64,000 bases of DNA from Eukaryota sp. TZLM1-RC (taxonomy: Eukaryota; Protista; Metamonada: BaSk clade). Numbering within the stretch: position 1 is the first letter of the stretch; the number at the start of each line of letters is the position of its first letter. The stretch covers positions 693,658 to 757,657 of the forward strand of contig JAUPSS010000011.1 of NCBI GenBank assembly GCA_040285825.1. The letters run 5' to 3'. Shown here one piece after another: positions 13,501 through 28,903 of this stretch. Below the pieces are notes generated by a model that had not been told where the DNA came from, ran no database searches, and saw only the letters and a list, made by a program, of their open reading frames with translations. The position numbers and the translations under genes are program-made.

Positions 13501-15613
13501 GTATTTATAAACTTGAAAATTTCTCTTATAAAATGCGCCATTCGTTTCGATTTTTTCAAAGGCAAAATAACCATGTATAAATTGTCGCAAATGTTGTAAA
13601 AAGATTATCAACAAAGGAACTCTAATCAAGTGAATGACATGAACATTGGTTTTAATGATGTATAAAGCTAATAAATTTTGAAAAAGATACTGACCTAATC
13701 AAAAGGATGATAATCGTGCAGAAAATAGCGTTACCGTTGCCATATACAAACGATCACCTTTTGATTCAAGTCAAACAAACGATATCTGTTTCTAGAATAC
13801 ATTCAAAATGAAAGTGAAACTGTAAAATTTTTTGGAATTTATTTTCTTGTTCCTGTCAAATAACAAAAGTAAAATAATTTTTCTTTATCAATGTAAAAGT
13901 TCATGCAACAATGTTTTTCTACACCAAAAATGTAATCAAAAACAAGTGGTGCTATTCATAAATTGAAAACTTCTCCTGTAAATTGCGCCATTCGTTTCGA
14001 TTTTTTCAAAGGCAAAATAACCATGTATAAATTGTCGCAACAGTTGCAAAAAGATTATCAACAAAGAATTTAAATCAGACCAATGACATGAACATTGGTT
14101 TCAATGATGCATAAAGCTCAAAATTTTGAAAGAAATACTAATCTAATCAAAAGAATGATAATCGTACAGAAATTAGCGTTACCGTTGCCATATACGAACA
14201 CATGCAGAAAACAGGAAAGCAAAACCAAAATTAATTGCATTATGGGTTGGTCAAATTCCAATGTCAAACTTGCCTTGTATCACTTGTGCATAAGCATGTT
14301 TTCACAGAAAGTGTGAAAACAAAATAACATTCAACAGCGTTTTAAACACTCATATGGATATTACAATTCAAAGATTTATTGTCAAATGTGGAGTCTTTTT
14401 GTCATATAAAAAATGGGGATTTCAAATGAAAACTATGCCAAATTGTTTTAGCTTTTTTTGGTGCAGTATTTTTGACCAAAAGAACATCTAGTTTCGTGTA
14501 CTGATTTTGCAATAAAAGTGTTTGTTGAATTTATGAAATTTCAAAATTATTTTTTATTTATGTTTAATAAAAAAAGAAAAACTTCTTTATCAATGTAAAA
14601 GTTCACGCAACAATGTTTTTTTACACCAAAAATGTGATTAAGAACACATGCTGTATTTATAAATTTGAAAACTTCTTTTATGAAATGCGCCATTCGTTTC
14701 GATTTTTTCAAAGGCAAGATAACCATGTATAAATTGTCGCAAATGTTGTAAAAAGATTAACAACAAAGGAATTCAAATCAAATGAATGACATGAACATTG
14801 GTTTTAATGATGTATAAAGCTCATAAATTTTGAAAAAGATACTGACCTAATCAAAAGAATGATAATCGTGCAGAAAATAGCGTTACCGTTGCCATATACA
14901 AACGATCACCTTTTGATTCAAATCAAACAAACGATATCTGTTTCTAGAATACAATCAAAATGAAAGTGAAACTGTAAAAAATTTTTGGAATTTATTTTTT
15001 TGTTTCTGTCAAATAACAAAAGTAAAATAATTTTTCTTTATGAATGTAAAAGTTCATGCAACAATGTTTTTTTACACCAAAAATGTGATCAAGAACACAT
15101 GCTGTATTTATAAACTTGAAAACTTCTCATGTGAAATGCGCCATTCGTTTCCATTTTTTCAAAGGCAAGATAACCATGTATAAATTGTCGCAAATGTTGT
15201 AAAAAGATTAACAACAAAGGAATTCAAAACAAATGAATGACATGAACATTGGTTTTAATGATGTATAAAGCTCATAAATTTTGAAAGAAATACTAATCTA
15301 ATCAAAAGAATGATAATCGTACAGAAATTAGCGTTACCGTTGCCATATACAAACACATGCAGAAAACAGGAAAGCAAAACCAAAATTAATTGCATTAAGG
15401 GTTGGTAAAATTCCAATGTCAAAATTGGAAAATCTGAAGTTTGAAACCAGACCCAAAATCTGATCTTCCAACCTGAGCAACCTTCTGCGGTTTTTCTCAT
15501 TTCCGTACTCCGACTTTGGGATGCGTCTGTAACTTCAAACACATTATACTCTTAGTGCCATGATTCTTGGGGGCAGAAGGGTAGGCATCACAATTGCCAT
15601 CAGTGACTAGTGC

Positions 15614-18600
15614 CACCAATGACTAATCAAATGACCATAGCACGGACTTTAACACCACAATTGTTATATTAATTGTCCCAAAATGGACTTTAAAGATTTG
15701 ACCAATGATTGTAATAAACAACCATTGGTCAATATACGAAACTAGGAACTTCATATGAGCCTCAGTAAATCGTATCAAAAACGATACTCTTACACTTACA
15801 GCAATTGTTTTATTAGTTTACAACATTCAATTGTATACTTTTTGATTTTTTACTTTTTTTACAATTTAATGTTTAAAAATTAATACACTCAATTAATTCA
15901 AATATATACAAAATCAATTGAAAATGTAATCATGAGTTTGTTCTGATCAAGTAACACATAGCCAACATTACTCACACACAATTTCACACAAAGTTTGATC
16001 ACAAGTTGATCACATCTAGTACATAAGGACTACATGCAACTCATCTAATCACACCAATGACCATTCAACCAATCAAACCAATGACTACTCAAATGACCAT
16101 AGCACGGACTTTAACACCACAATTGTTATAATAATTGTCCCAAAATGGACTCTAAAGATTTGACCAATGATTGTAATAAACAACCATTGGTCAATATACG
16201 AAACTAGGAACTTCATATGAGCCTCAGTAAATCGTATCAAAACGATACTCTTACACTTACAGCAATTGTTTTATTAGTTTACAACATTCAATTGTATACT
16301 TTTTGATTTTTTACTATTTTTACAATTTAATGTTTAAAAATTAATAACTCAATTAATTCAAATATATACAAAATCAATTGAAAATGTAATCATGAGTTTG
16401 TACTGATCAAGTAACACATAGCCAACATTACTCACACACAATTTCACACAAAGTTTGATCACAAGTTGATCACATCTAGTACATAAAGACTACATGCAAC
16501 TCATCTAATCACACCAATGACCATTCAACCAATCAAACCAATGACTACTCAAATGACCATAGCACGGACTTTAACACCACAATTGTTATAATAATTGTCC
16601 CAAAATGGACTTTAAAGATTTGACCAATGATTGAAATAAACAACCATTGGTCAATATACGAAACTAGGAACTTCATATGAGCCTCAGTAAATCGTATCAA
16701 AAACGATACTCTTACACTTACAGCAATTGTTTTATTAGTTTGCAACATTCAATTGTATACTTTTTGATTTTTTACTATTTTTACAATTTAATGTTTAAAA
16801 ATTAATAACTCAATTAATTCAAATATATACAAAATCAATTGAAAATGTAATCATGAGTTTGTACTGATCAAGTAACACATAGCCAACATTACTCACACAC
16901 AATTTCACACAAAGTTTGATCACAAGTTGATCACATCTAGTACATAAGGACTACATGCAACTCACTAATCACACCAATGACCATTCAACCAATCAAACCA
17001 ATGACTACTCAAATGACCATAGCACGGACTTTAACACCACAATTGTTATAATAATTGTCCCAAAATGGACTTTAAAGATTTGACCAATGATTGTAATAAA
17101 CAACCATTGGTCAATATACGAAACTAGGAACTTCATATGAGCCTCAGTAAATCGTATCAAAAACGATACTCTTACACTTACAGCAATTGTTTTATTAGTT
17201 TGCAACATTCAATTGTATACTTTTTGATTTTTTACTATTTTTACAATTTAATGTTTAAAAATTAATACACTCAATTAATTCAAATATATACAAAATCAAT
17301 TGAAAATGTAATCATGAGTTTGTACTGATCAAGTAACACATAGCCAACATTACTCACACACAATTTCACACAAAGTTTGATCACAAGTTGATCACATCTA
17401 GTACATAAAGACTACATGCAACTCATCTAATCACACCAATGACCATTCAACCAATCAAACCAATGACTACTCAAATGACCATAGCACGGACTTTAACACC
17501 ACAATTGTTATATTAATTGTCCCAAAATGGACTTTAAAGATTTGACCAATGATTGTAATAAACAACCATTGGTCAATATACGAAACTAGGAACTTCATAT
17601 GAGCCTCAGTAAATCGTATCAAAAACGATACTCTTACACTTACAGCAATTGTTTTATTAGTTTGCAACATTCAATTGTATACTTTTTGATTTTTTACTAT
17701 TTTTACAATTTAATGTTTAAAAATTAATAACTCAATTAATTCAAATATATACAAAATCAATTGAAAATGTAATCATGAGTTTGTACTGATCAAGTAACAC
17801 ATAGCCAACATTACTCACACACAATTTCACACAAAGTTTGATCACAAGTTGATCACATCTAGTACATAAGGACTACATGCAACTCACCAAATCACACCAA
17901 TGACCATTCAACCAATCAAACCAATGACTACTCAAATGACCATAGCACGGACTTTAACACCACAATTGTTATAATAATTGTCCCAAAATGGACTTTAAAG
18001 ATTTGACCAATGATTGTAATAAACAACCATTGGTCAATATACGAAACTAGGAACTTCATATGAGCCTCAGTAAATCGTATCAAAACGATACTCTTACACT
18101 TACAGCAATTGTTTTATTAGTTTGCAACATTCAATTGTATACTTTTTGATTTTTTACTATTTTTACAATTTAATGTTTAAAAATTAATAACTCAATTAAT
18201 TCAAATATATACAAAATCAATTGAAAATGTAATCATGAGTTTGTACTGATCAAGTAACACATAGCCAACATTACTCACACACAATTTCACACAAAGTTTG
18301 ATCACAAGTTGATCACATCTAGTACATAAAGACTACATGCAACTCATCTAATCACACCAATGACCATTCAACCAATCAAACCAATGACTACTCAAATGAC
18401 CATAGCACGGACTTTAACACCACAATTGTTATAATAATTGTCCCAAAATGGACTTTAAAGATTTGACCAATGATTGTAATAAACAACCATTGGTCAATAT
18501 ACGAAACTAGGAACTTCATATGAGCCTCAGTAAATCGTATCAAAAACGATACTCTTACACTTACAGCAATTGTTTTATTAGTTTGCAACATTCAATTGTA

Positions 18601-21600
18601 TACTTTTGATTTTTTACTATTTTTACAATTTAATGTTTAAAAATTAATAACTCAATTAATTCAAATATATACAAAATCAATTTGAAAATGTAATCATGAG
18701 TTTGTACTGATCAAGTAACACATAGCCAACATTACTCACACACAATTTCACACAAAGTTTGATCACAAGTTGATCACATCTAGTACATAAAGACTACATG
18801 CAACTCATCTAATCACACCAATGACCATTCAACCAATCAAACCAATGACTACTCAAATGACCATAGCACGGACTTTAACACCACAATTGTTATATTAATT
18901 GTCCCAAAATGGACTTTAAAGATTTGACCAATGATTGAAATAAACAACCATTGGTCAATATACGAAACTAGGAACTTCATATGAGCCTCAGTAAATCGTA
19001 TCAAAAACGATACTCTTACACTTACAGCAATTGTTTTATTAGTTTACAACATTCAATTGTATACTTTTTGATTTTTTACTTTTTTTACAATTTAATGTTT
19101 AAAAATTAATACACTCAATTAATTCAAATATATACAAAATCATTTGAAAATGTAATCATGAGTTTGTACTGATCAAGTACATAGCCAACATTACTAACAC
19201 ACAATTTCACACAAAGTTTGATCACAAGTTGATCACATCTAGTACATAAGGACTACATGCAACTCATCTAATCATACCAATGACCATTCAACCAATCATA
19301 CCAATGACTACTCAAATGACCATAGCACGGACTTTAACACCACAATTGTTATAATAATTGTCCCAAAATGGACTTTAAATATTTGACCAACGATTGTAAT
19401 AAACAACCATTGGTCAATATACGAAACTAGGAACTTCATATGAGCCTCAGTAAATCGTATCAAAAACGATACTCTTACACTTACAGCAATTGTTTTATTA
19501 GTTTGCAACATTCAATTGTATACTTTTTGATTTTTTACTATTTTTACAATTTAATGTTTAAAAATTAATAACTCAATTAATTCAAATATATACAAAATCA
19601 ATTGAAAATGTAATCATGAGTTTGTACTGATCAAGTAACACATAGCCAACATTACTCACACACAATTTCACACAAAGTTTGATCACAAGTTGATCACATC
19701 TAGTACATAAAGACTACATGCAACTCATCTAATCACACCAATGACCATTCAACCAATCAAACCAATGACTACTCAAATGACCATAGCACGGACTTTAACA
19801 CCACAATTGTTATAATAATTGTCCCAAAATGGACTTTAAAGATTTGACCAATGATTGAAATAAACAACCATTGGTCAATATACGAAACTAGGAACTTCAT
19901 ATGAGCCTCAGTAAATCGTATCAAAAACGATACTCTTACACTTACAGCAATGGTTATATTAGTTTGCAACATTCAATTGTATACTTTTTGATTTTTTTAC
20001 TATTTTTACAATTTAATGTTTAAAAATTAATAACTCAATTAATTCAAATATATACAAAATCAATTGAAAATGTAATCATGAGTTTGTACTGATCAAGTAA
20101 CACATAGCCAACATTACTCACACACAATTTCACACAAAGTTTGATCACAAGTTGATCACATCTAGTACATAAAGACTACATGCAACTCATCTAATCACAC
20201 CAATGACCATTCAACCAATCAAACCAATGACTACTCAAATGACCATAGCACGGACTTTAACACCACAATTGTTATAATAATTGTCCCAAAATGGACTTTA
20301 AAGATTTGACCAATGATTGAAATAAACAACCATTGGTCAATATACGAAACTAGGAACTTCATATGAGCCTCAGTAAATCGTATCAAAAAAACGATACTCT
20401 TACACTTACAGCAATGGTTATATTAGTTTGCAACATTCAATTGTATACTTTTTTTGATTTTTTTACTATTTTTACAATTTAATGTTTAAAAAAATTAATA
20501 CACTCAATTAATTCAAATATATACAAAAATCAATTGAAAATGTAATCATGAGTTTGTACTGATCAAGTAACACATAGCCAACATTACTCACACACAATTT
20601 CACACAAAGTTTGATCACAAGTTGATCACATCTAGTACATAAAGACTACATGCAACTCATCTAATCACACCCAATGACCATTCAACCAATCATACCAATG
20701 ACTAATCAAATGACCATAGCACGGACTTTAACACCACAATTGTTATAATAATTGTCCCAAAATGGACTTTTAAAGATTTGACCAATGATTGAAATAAACA
20801 ACCATTGGTCAATATACGAAACTAGGAACTTCATATGAGCCTCAGTAAATCGTATCAAAAAAACGATACTCTTACACTTACAGCAATGGTTATATTAGTT
20901 TACAACATTCAATTGTATACTTTTTTTGATTTTTTTACTATTTTTACAATTTAATGTTTAAAAAAATTAATAACCCAATTAATTCAAATATATACAAAAT
21001 CAATTGAAAATGTAATCATGAGTTTGTACTGATCAAGTAACACATAGCCAACATTACCTCACACACAATTTCACACAAAGTTTGATCACAAGTTGATCAC
21101 ATCTAGTACATAAAGACTACATGCAACTCATCTTAATCACACCAATGACCATTCAACCAATCAAACCCAATGACTACTCAAATGACCATAGCACGGACTT
21201 TAACACCACAATTGTTATATTAATTGTCCCAAAATGGACTTTTAAAGATTTGACCAATGATTGTAATAAACAACCATTGGTCAATATACGAAACTAGGAA
21301 CTTCATATGAGCCTCAGTAAATCGTATCAAAAAAACGATACTCTTACACTTACAGCAATGGTTATATTAGTTTACAACATTCAATTGTATACTTTTTGAT
21401 TTTTTTACTATTTTTACAATTTAATGTTTAAAAAAATTAATACACTCAATTAATTCAAATATATACAAAATCAATTGAAAAATGTAATCATGAGTTTGTA
21501 CTGATCAAGTAACACATAGCCAACATTACTCACACACAATTTCACACAAAGTTTGATCACAAGTTGATCACATCTAGTACATAAAGACTACATGCAACTC

Positions 21601-24600
21601 ATCTAATCACACCAATGACCATTCAACCAATCAAACCAATGACTACTCAAATGACCATAGCACGGACTTTAACACCACAATTGTTATATTAATTGTCCCA
21701 AAATGGACTTTAAAGATTTGACCAATGATTGTAATAAACAACCATTGGTCAATATACGAAACTAGGAACTTCATATGAGCTCTCAGTAAATCGTATCAAA
21801 AAAACGATACTCTTACACTTACAGCAATGGTTTATATTAGTTTGCAACATTCAATTGTATACTTTTTTTGATTTTTTTACTATTTTTACAATTTAATGTT
21901 TAAAAAAATTAATACACTCAATTAATTCAAATATATACAAAATCAATTGAAAATGTAATCATGAGTTTGTACTGATCAAGTAACACATAGCCAACATTAC
22001 TCACACACACAATTTCACACAAAGTTTGATCACAAGTTGATCACATCTAGTACATAAAGACTACATGCAACTCATCTAATCACACCAATGACCATTCAAC
22101 CAATCAAACCAATGACTACTCAAATGACCATAGCACGGACTTTAACACCACAATTGTTATATTAATTGTCCCAAAATGGACTTTTAAAGATTTGACCAAT
22201 GATTGTAATAAACAACCATTGGTCAATATACGAAACTAGGAACTTCATATGAGCTCTCAGTAAATCGTATCAAAAAAACGATACTCTTACACTTACAGCA
22301 ATGGTTTATATTAGTTTGCAACATTCAATTGTATACTTTTGATTTTTTTACTATTTTTACAATTTAATGTTTAAAAAAATTAATAACTCAATTAATTCAA
22401 ATATATACAAAATCAATTGAAAATGTAATCATGAGTTTGTACTGATCAAGTAACACATAGCCAACATTACTCACACACAATTTCACACAAAGTTTGATCA
22501 CAAGTTGATCACATCTAGTACATAAAGACTACATGCAACTCATCTAATCACACCAATGACCATTCAACCAATCAAACCAATGACTACTCAAATGACCATA
22601 GCACGGACTTTAACACCACAATTGTTATATTAATTGTCCCAAAATGGACTTTTAAAGATTTGACCAATGATTGTAATAAACAACCATTGGTCAATATACG
22701 AAACTAGGAACTTCATATGAGCTCTCAGTAAATCGTATCAAAAAAACGATACTCTTACACTTACAGCAATGGTTATATTAGTTTACAACATTCAATTGTA
22801 TACTTTTGATTTTTTTACTATTTTTACAATTTAATGTTTAAAAAAATTAATAACTCAATTAATTCAAATATATACAAAATCAATTGAAAATGTAATCATG
22901 AGTTTGTACTGATCAAGTAACACATAGCCAACATTACTCACACACAATTTCACACAAAGTTTGATCACAAGTTGATCACATCTAGTACATAAAGACTACA
23001 TGCAACTCATCTAATCACACCAATGACCATTCAACCAATCAAACCAATGACTACTCAAATGACCATAGCACGGACTTTAACACCACAATTGTTATATTAA
23101 TTGTCCCAAAATGGACTTTAAAGATTTGACCAATGATTGTAATAAACAACCATTGGTCAATATACGAAACTAGGAACTTCATATGAGCCTCAGTAAATCG
23201 TATCAAAAACGATACTCTTACACTTACAGCAATGGTTATATTAGTTTGCAACATTCAATTGTATTTTTTTTGATTTTTTACTATTTTTACAATTTAATGT
23301 TTAAAAATTAATAACTCAATTAATTCAAATATATACAAAATCAATTGAAAATGTAATCATGAGTTTGTTCTGATCAAGTAACACATAGCCAACATTACTC
23401 ACACACAATTTCACACAAAGTTGATCACAAGTTGGTCACATCTAGTACATAAGGACTACATGCAACTCATCTAATCACACCAATGACCATTCAACCAATC
23501 ATACCAATGACTACTCAAATGACCATAGCACAGACTTTAACACCACAATTGTTATAATAATTGTCCCAAAATGGACTTTAAAGATTTGACCAATGATTGA
23601 AATAAACAACCATTGGTCAATATACGAAACTAGGAACTTCATATGAGCTCTCAGTAAATCGTATCAAAACGATACTCTTACACTTACAGCAATGGTTATA
23701 TTAGTTTGCAACATTCAATTGTATACTTTTTGATTTTTTACTATTTTTACAATTTAATGTTTAAAAATTAATAACTCAATTAATTCAAATATATACAAAA
23801 TCAATTGAAAATGTAATCATGAGTTTGTACTGATCAAGTAACACATAGCCAACATTACTCACACACAATTTCACACAAAGTTTGATCACAAGTTGATCAC
23901 ATCTAGTACATAAAGACTACATGCAACTCATCTAATCACACCAATGACCATTCAACCAATCAAACCAATGACTACTCAAATGACCATAGCACGGACTTTA
24001 ACACCACAATTGTTATAATAATTGTCCCAAAATGGACTTTAAAGATTTGACCAATGATTGAAATAAACAACCATTGGTCAATATACGAAACTAGGAACTT
24101 CATATGAGCCTCAGTAAATCGTATCAAAAACGATACTCTTACACTTACAGCAATGGTTATATTAGTTTGCAACATTCAATTGTATACTTTTTGATTTTTT
24201 ACTATTTTTACAATTTAATGTTTAAAAATTAATAACTCAATTAATTCAAATATATACAAAATCAATTGAAAATGTAATCATGAGTTTGTACTGATCAAGT
24301 AACACATAGCCAACATTACTCACACACAATTTCACACAAAGTTTGATCACAAGTTGATCACATCTAGTACATAAAGACTACATGCAACTCATCTAATCAC
24401 ACCAATGACCATTCAACCAATCAAACCAATGACTACTCAAATGACCATAGCACGGACTTTAACACCACAATTGTTATAATAATTGTCCCAAAATGGACTT
24501 TTAAAGATTTGACCAATGATTGAAATAATCAACCATTGGTCAATATACGAAACTAGGAACTTCATATGAGCTCTCAGTAAATCGTATCAAAACGATACTC

Positions 24601-27600
24601 TTACACTGACAGCAATGGTTTTATTAGTTTACAACATTCAATTGTATACTTTTTGATTTTTTTACTATTTTTACAATTTAATGTTTAAAAATTAATAACT
24701 CAATTAATTCAAATATATACAAAATCAATTGAAAATGTAATCATGAGTTTGTACTGATCAAGTAACACATAGCCAACATTACTCACACACAATTTCACAC
24801 AAAGTTTGATCACAAGTTGATCACATCTAGTACATAAAGACTACATGCAACTCATCTAATCACACCAATGACCATTCAACCAATCAAACCAATGACTACT
24901 CAAATGACCATAGCACGGACTTTAACACCACAATTGTTATAATAATTGTCCCAAAATGGACTTTAAAGATTTGACCAATGATTGTAATAAACAACCATTG
25001 GTCAATATACGAAACTAGGAACTTCATATGAGCCTCAGTAAATCGTATCAAAAACGATACTCTTACACTTACAGCAATGGTTATATTAGTTTGCAACATT
25101 CAATTGTATACTTTTTGATTTTTTACTTTTTTTACAATTTAATGTTTAAAAATTAATACACTCAATTAATTCAAATATATACAAAATCATTTGAAAATGT
25201 AATCATGAGTTTGTACTGATCAAGTAACACATAGCCAACATTACTAACACACAATTTCACACAAAGTTTGATCACAAGTTGATCACATCTAGTACATAAA
25301 GACTACATGCAACTCATCTAATCATACCAATGACCATTCAACCAATCATACCAATGACTACTCAAATGACTATAGCACGGACTTTAACACCACAATTGTT
25401 ATAATAATTGTCCCAAAATGGACTTTAAAGATTTGACCAATGATTGTAATAAACAACCATTGGTCAATATACGAAACTAGGAACTTCATATGAGCCTCAG
25501 TAAATCGTATCAAAAACGATACTCTTACACTTACAGCAATTGTTTTATTAGTTTACAACATTCAATTGTATACTTTTTGATTTTTTACTTTTTTACAATT
25601 TAATGTTTAAAAATTAATACACTCAATTAATTCAAATATATACAAAATCATTTGAAAATGTAATCATGAGTTTGTACTGATCAAGTAACACATAGCCAAC
25701 ATTACTAACACACAATTTCACACAAAGTTTGATCACAAGTTGATCACATCTAGTACATAAAGACTACATGCAACTCATCTAATCATACCAATGACCATTC
25801 AACCAATCATACCAATGACTACTCAAATGACCATAGCACGGACTTTAACACCACAATTGTTATAATAATTGTCCCAAAATGGACTTTAAAGATTTGACCA
25901 ATGATTGTAATAAACAACCATTGGTCAATATACGAAACTAGGAACTTCATATGAGCCTAAATGGTATCAAAAACGATACTCATACACTTACAGCAATGGA
26001 TTTATTAGCTTACAACATTCAATTGTATACTTTTTGTTTTTTTACTGTTTTTACAATTTAAAAATTAATACACTCAATTAATTCAAATATATACAAAATC
26101 AATTGAAAATGTAATCATGAGTTTGTACTGATCAAGTAACACATAGCCAACATTACTCACACACAATTTCACACAAAGTTTGATCACAAGTTGATCACAT
26201 CTAGTACATAAGGACTACATGCAACTCACCTAATCATACCAATGACCATTCAACCAATCATACCAATGACTACTCAAATGACCATAGCACGGACTTTAAC
26301 ACCACAATTGTTATATTAATTGTCCCAAATGGACCTTAAGATTTGACCAATGATTGTAATAAACAACCATTGGTCAATATACGAAACTAGGAACTTCATA
26401 TGAGCCTCAGTAAATCGTATCAAAAACGATACTCTTACACTTACAGCAATTGTTTTATTAGTTTACAACATTCAATTGTATACTTTTTGATTTTTTTACT
26501 TTTTTTACAATTTAATGTTTAAAAATTAATACACTCAATTAATTCAAATATATACAAAATCATTTGAAAATGTAATCATGAGTTTGTACTGATCAAGTAA
26601 CACATAGCCAACATTACTAACACACAATTTCACACAAAGTTTGATCACAAGTTGATCACATCTAGTACATAAAGACTACATGCAACTCATCTAATCATAC
26701 CAATGACCATTCAACCAATCATACCAATGACTACTCAAATGACCATAGCACGGACTTTAACACCACAATTGTTATAATAATTGTCCCAAAATGGACTTTA
26801 AATATTTGACCAACGATTGTAATAAACAACCATTGGTCAATATACGAAACTAGGAACTTCATATGAGCCTCAGTAAATCGTATCAAAACCGATACTTTTA
26901 CACTTACAGCAATGGTTTTATTAGTTTGCAACATTCAATTGTATACTTTTTGATTTTTTACTATTTTTACAATTTAATGTTTAAAAATTAATAAACTCAA
27001 TTAATTCAAATATATACAAAATCATTTGAAAATGTAATCATGAGTTTGTACTGATCAAGTAACACATAGCCAACATTACTAACACACAATTTCACACAAA
27101 GTTTGATCACAAGTTGATCACATCTAGTACATAAAGACTACATGCAACTCATCTAATCATACCAATGACCATTCAACCAATCATACCAATGACTAATCAA
27201 ATGACCATAGCACGGACTTTAACACCACAATTGTTATATTAATTGTCCCAAAATGGACTTTAAAGATTTGACCAATGATTGTAATAAACAACCATTGGTC
27301 AATATACGAAACTAGGAACTTCATATGAGCCTCAGTAAATCGTATCAAAAACGATACTCTTACACTTACAGCAATTGTTTTATTAGTTTACAACATTCAA
27401 TTGTATACTTTTTGATTTTTTACTTTTTTTACAATTTAATGTTTAAAAATTAATACACTCAATTAATTCAAATATATACAAAATCATTTGAAAATGTAAT
27501 CATGAGTTTGTACTGATCAAGTAACACATAGCCAACATTACTAACACACAATTTCACACAAAGTTTGATCACAAGTTGATCACATCTAGTACATAAAGAC

Positions 27601-28231
27601 TACATGCAACTCATCTAATCATACCAATGACCATTCAACCAATCATACCAATGACTACTCAAATGACCATAGCACGGACTTTAACACCACAATTGTTATA
27701 ATAATTGTCCCAAAATGGACTTTAAATATTTGACCAACGATTGTAATAAACAACCATTGGTCAATATACGAAACTAGGAACTTCATATGAGCCTCAGTAA
27801 ATCGTATCAAAACCGATACTTTTACACTTACAGCAATGGTTTTATTAGTTTGCAACATTCAATTGTATACTTTTTGATTTTTTACTATTTTTACAATTTA
27901 ATGTTTAAAAATTAATAAACTCAATTAATTCAAATATATACAAAATCAATTGAAAATCATGAGTTTGTACTGATCAAGTTACGCATAGCCAACATTACTC
28001 ACACACAATTTCACACAAAGTTTGATCACAAGTTGATCACATCTAGTACATAAAGACTACATGCAACTCATCTAATCATACCAATGACCATTCAACCAAT
28101 CATACCAATGACTAATCAAATGACCATAGCACGGACTTTAACACCACAATTGTTATATTAATTGTCCCAAAATGGACTTTAAAGATTTGACCAATGATTG
28201 TAATAAACAACCATTGGTCAATATACGAAAC
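15614..28231 (+). repeat. ~461 bp tandem satellite, about 27 copies
   Basis: Marker ORF recurs at 16545, 17005, 17467 etc.; each unit contains the inverted repeat TTGACCAATG..CATTGGTCAA. Confidence 0.97.
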
Positions 28232-28540
28232 GATGGATTAAGTTCACGACCAATGCGATACGGTAAGATTCCAAACAAATGTGTTGCTTCTTGAACTATT
28301 CGAAAAGCACTTATTAAGAAAACATCGTCCATATATGTTAAAATTTCAATTTCTGGAAATTGTGACTTAAAATAAAAACAATTGGATGCAGGAAAAGACA
28401 AAATAGGAATGGACCCATTAGATCAACCCTGCTTTACACCCAAACATTAGGAAATAGAATTAGTTTTCATAACTAAACGTGAGTGGGCAGAATATAACAT
28501 AGGAGCGACTTCTGCAAAAACAGGGGGATGTTGAAGGACT
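28232..28540 (-). pseudogene. Degenerate RT fragment (family D), left arm of the inverted duplication
   Basis: GVKQG and TYMDD motifs with stops and frameshifts; boundaries approximate. Confidence 0.75.
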
Positions 28541-28903
28541 TCAGGTGCGTCAGCTTCTAGTTCAAGTGCTTCTAGTTTGGTTTTTTGTCCATTTCTAGTT
28601 TGATGCTATTTTTGAAAACTGGAGAACTTTCATCTAGAATTACAACGTTCAATATCAAATTTTTTTTATTTTTGGCTATTGATTGTTCAGATCTTATCTT
28701 TGAAAACCAAGAAGAGAAAATGGGGACATCTTGGTGTCTACTTTCCCCATATGCATTGTCCTTTGCACCAATTTGTGTCAGTTTCGTGTGATGCTGAGAA
28801 TGTACTTCTTATTCGAAACTACTACTGTTGATGTTTTATCTGTGGGCTCTTATCATTTATATTTCTCTGGTTTTATTGCAAAAGCCGACAGAATGTATAA
28901 ATC

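Larger units (their letters stand above)
4090..15605 (-). repeat. IGS-type array 1: ~720 bp core plus 1-4 copies of a ~450 bp subrepeat per unit
   Basis: Core marker ORF recurs at 4423, 6488, 8105, 9272 and 12920 with spacings 2065, 1617, 1167 and 3648 (=1167+3x450+1131 insertion); subrepeat marker CTTTATCAATGTAAAAGTTC recurs every ~450 bp. Confidence 0.93.

Noticed and set aside
20380-22860. Satellite monomers with systematically longer homopolymers as a distinct subfamily
   Set aside because: The pattern of +1/+2 runs and doubled bases is typical of low-coverage long-read consensus error
15614-28231. CRISPR-like array (palindromic repeat at regular spacing)
   Set aside because: The intervening sequence is also repeated, there are no unique spacers or cas genes, and the context is eukaryotic
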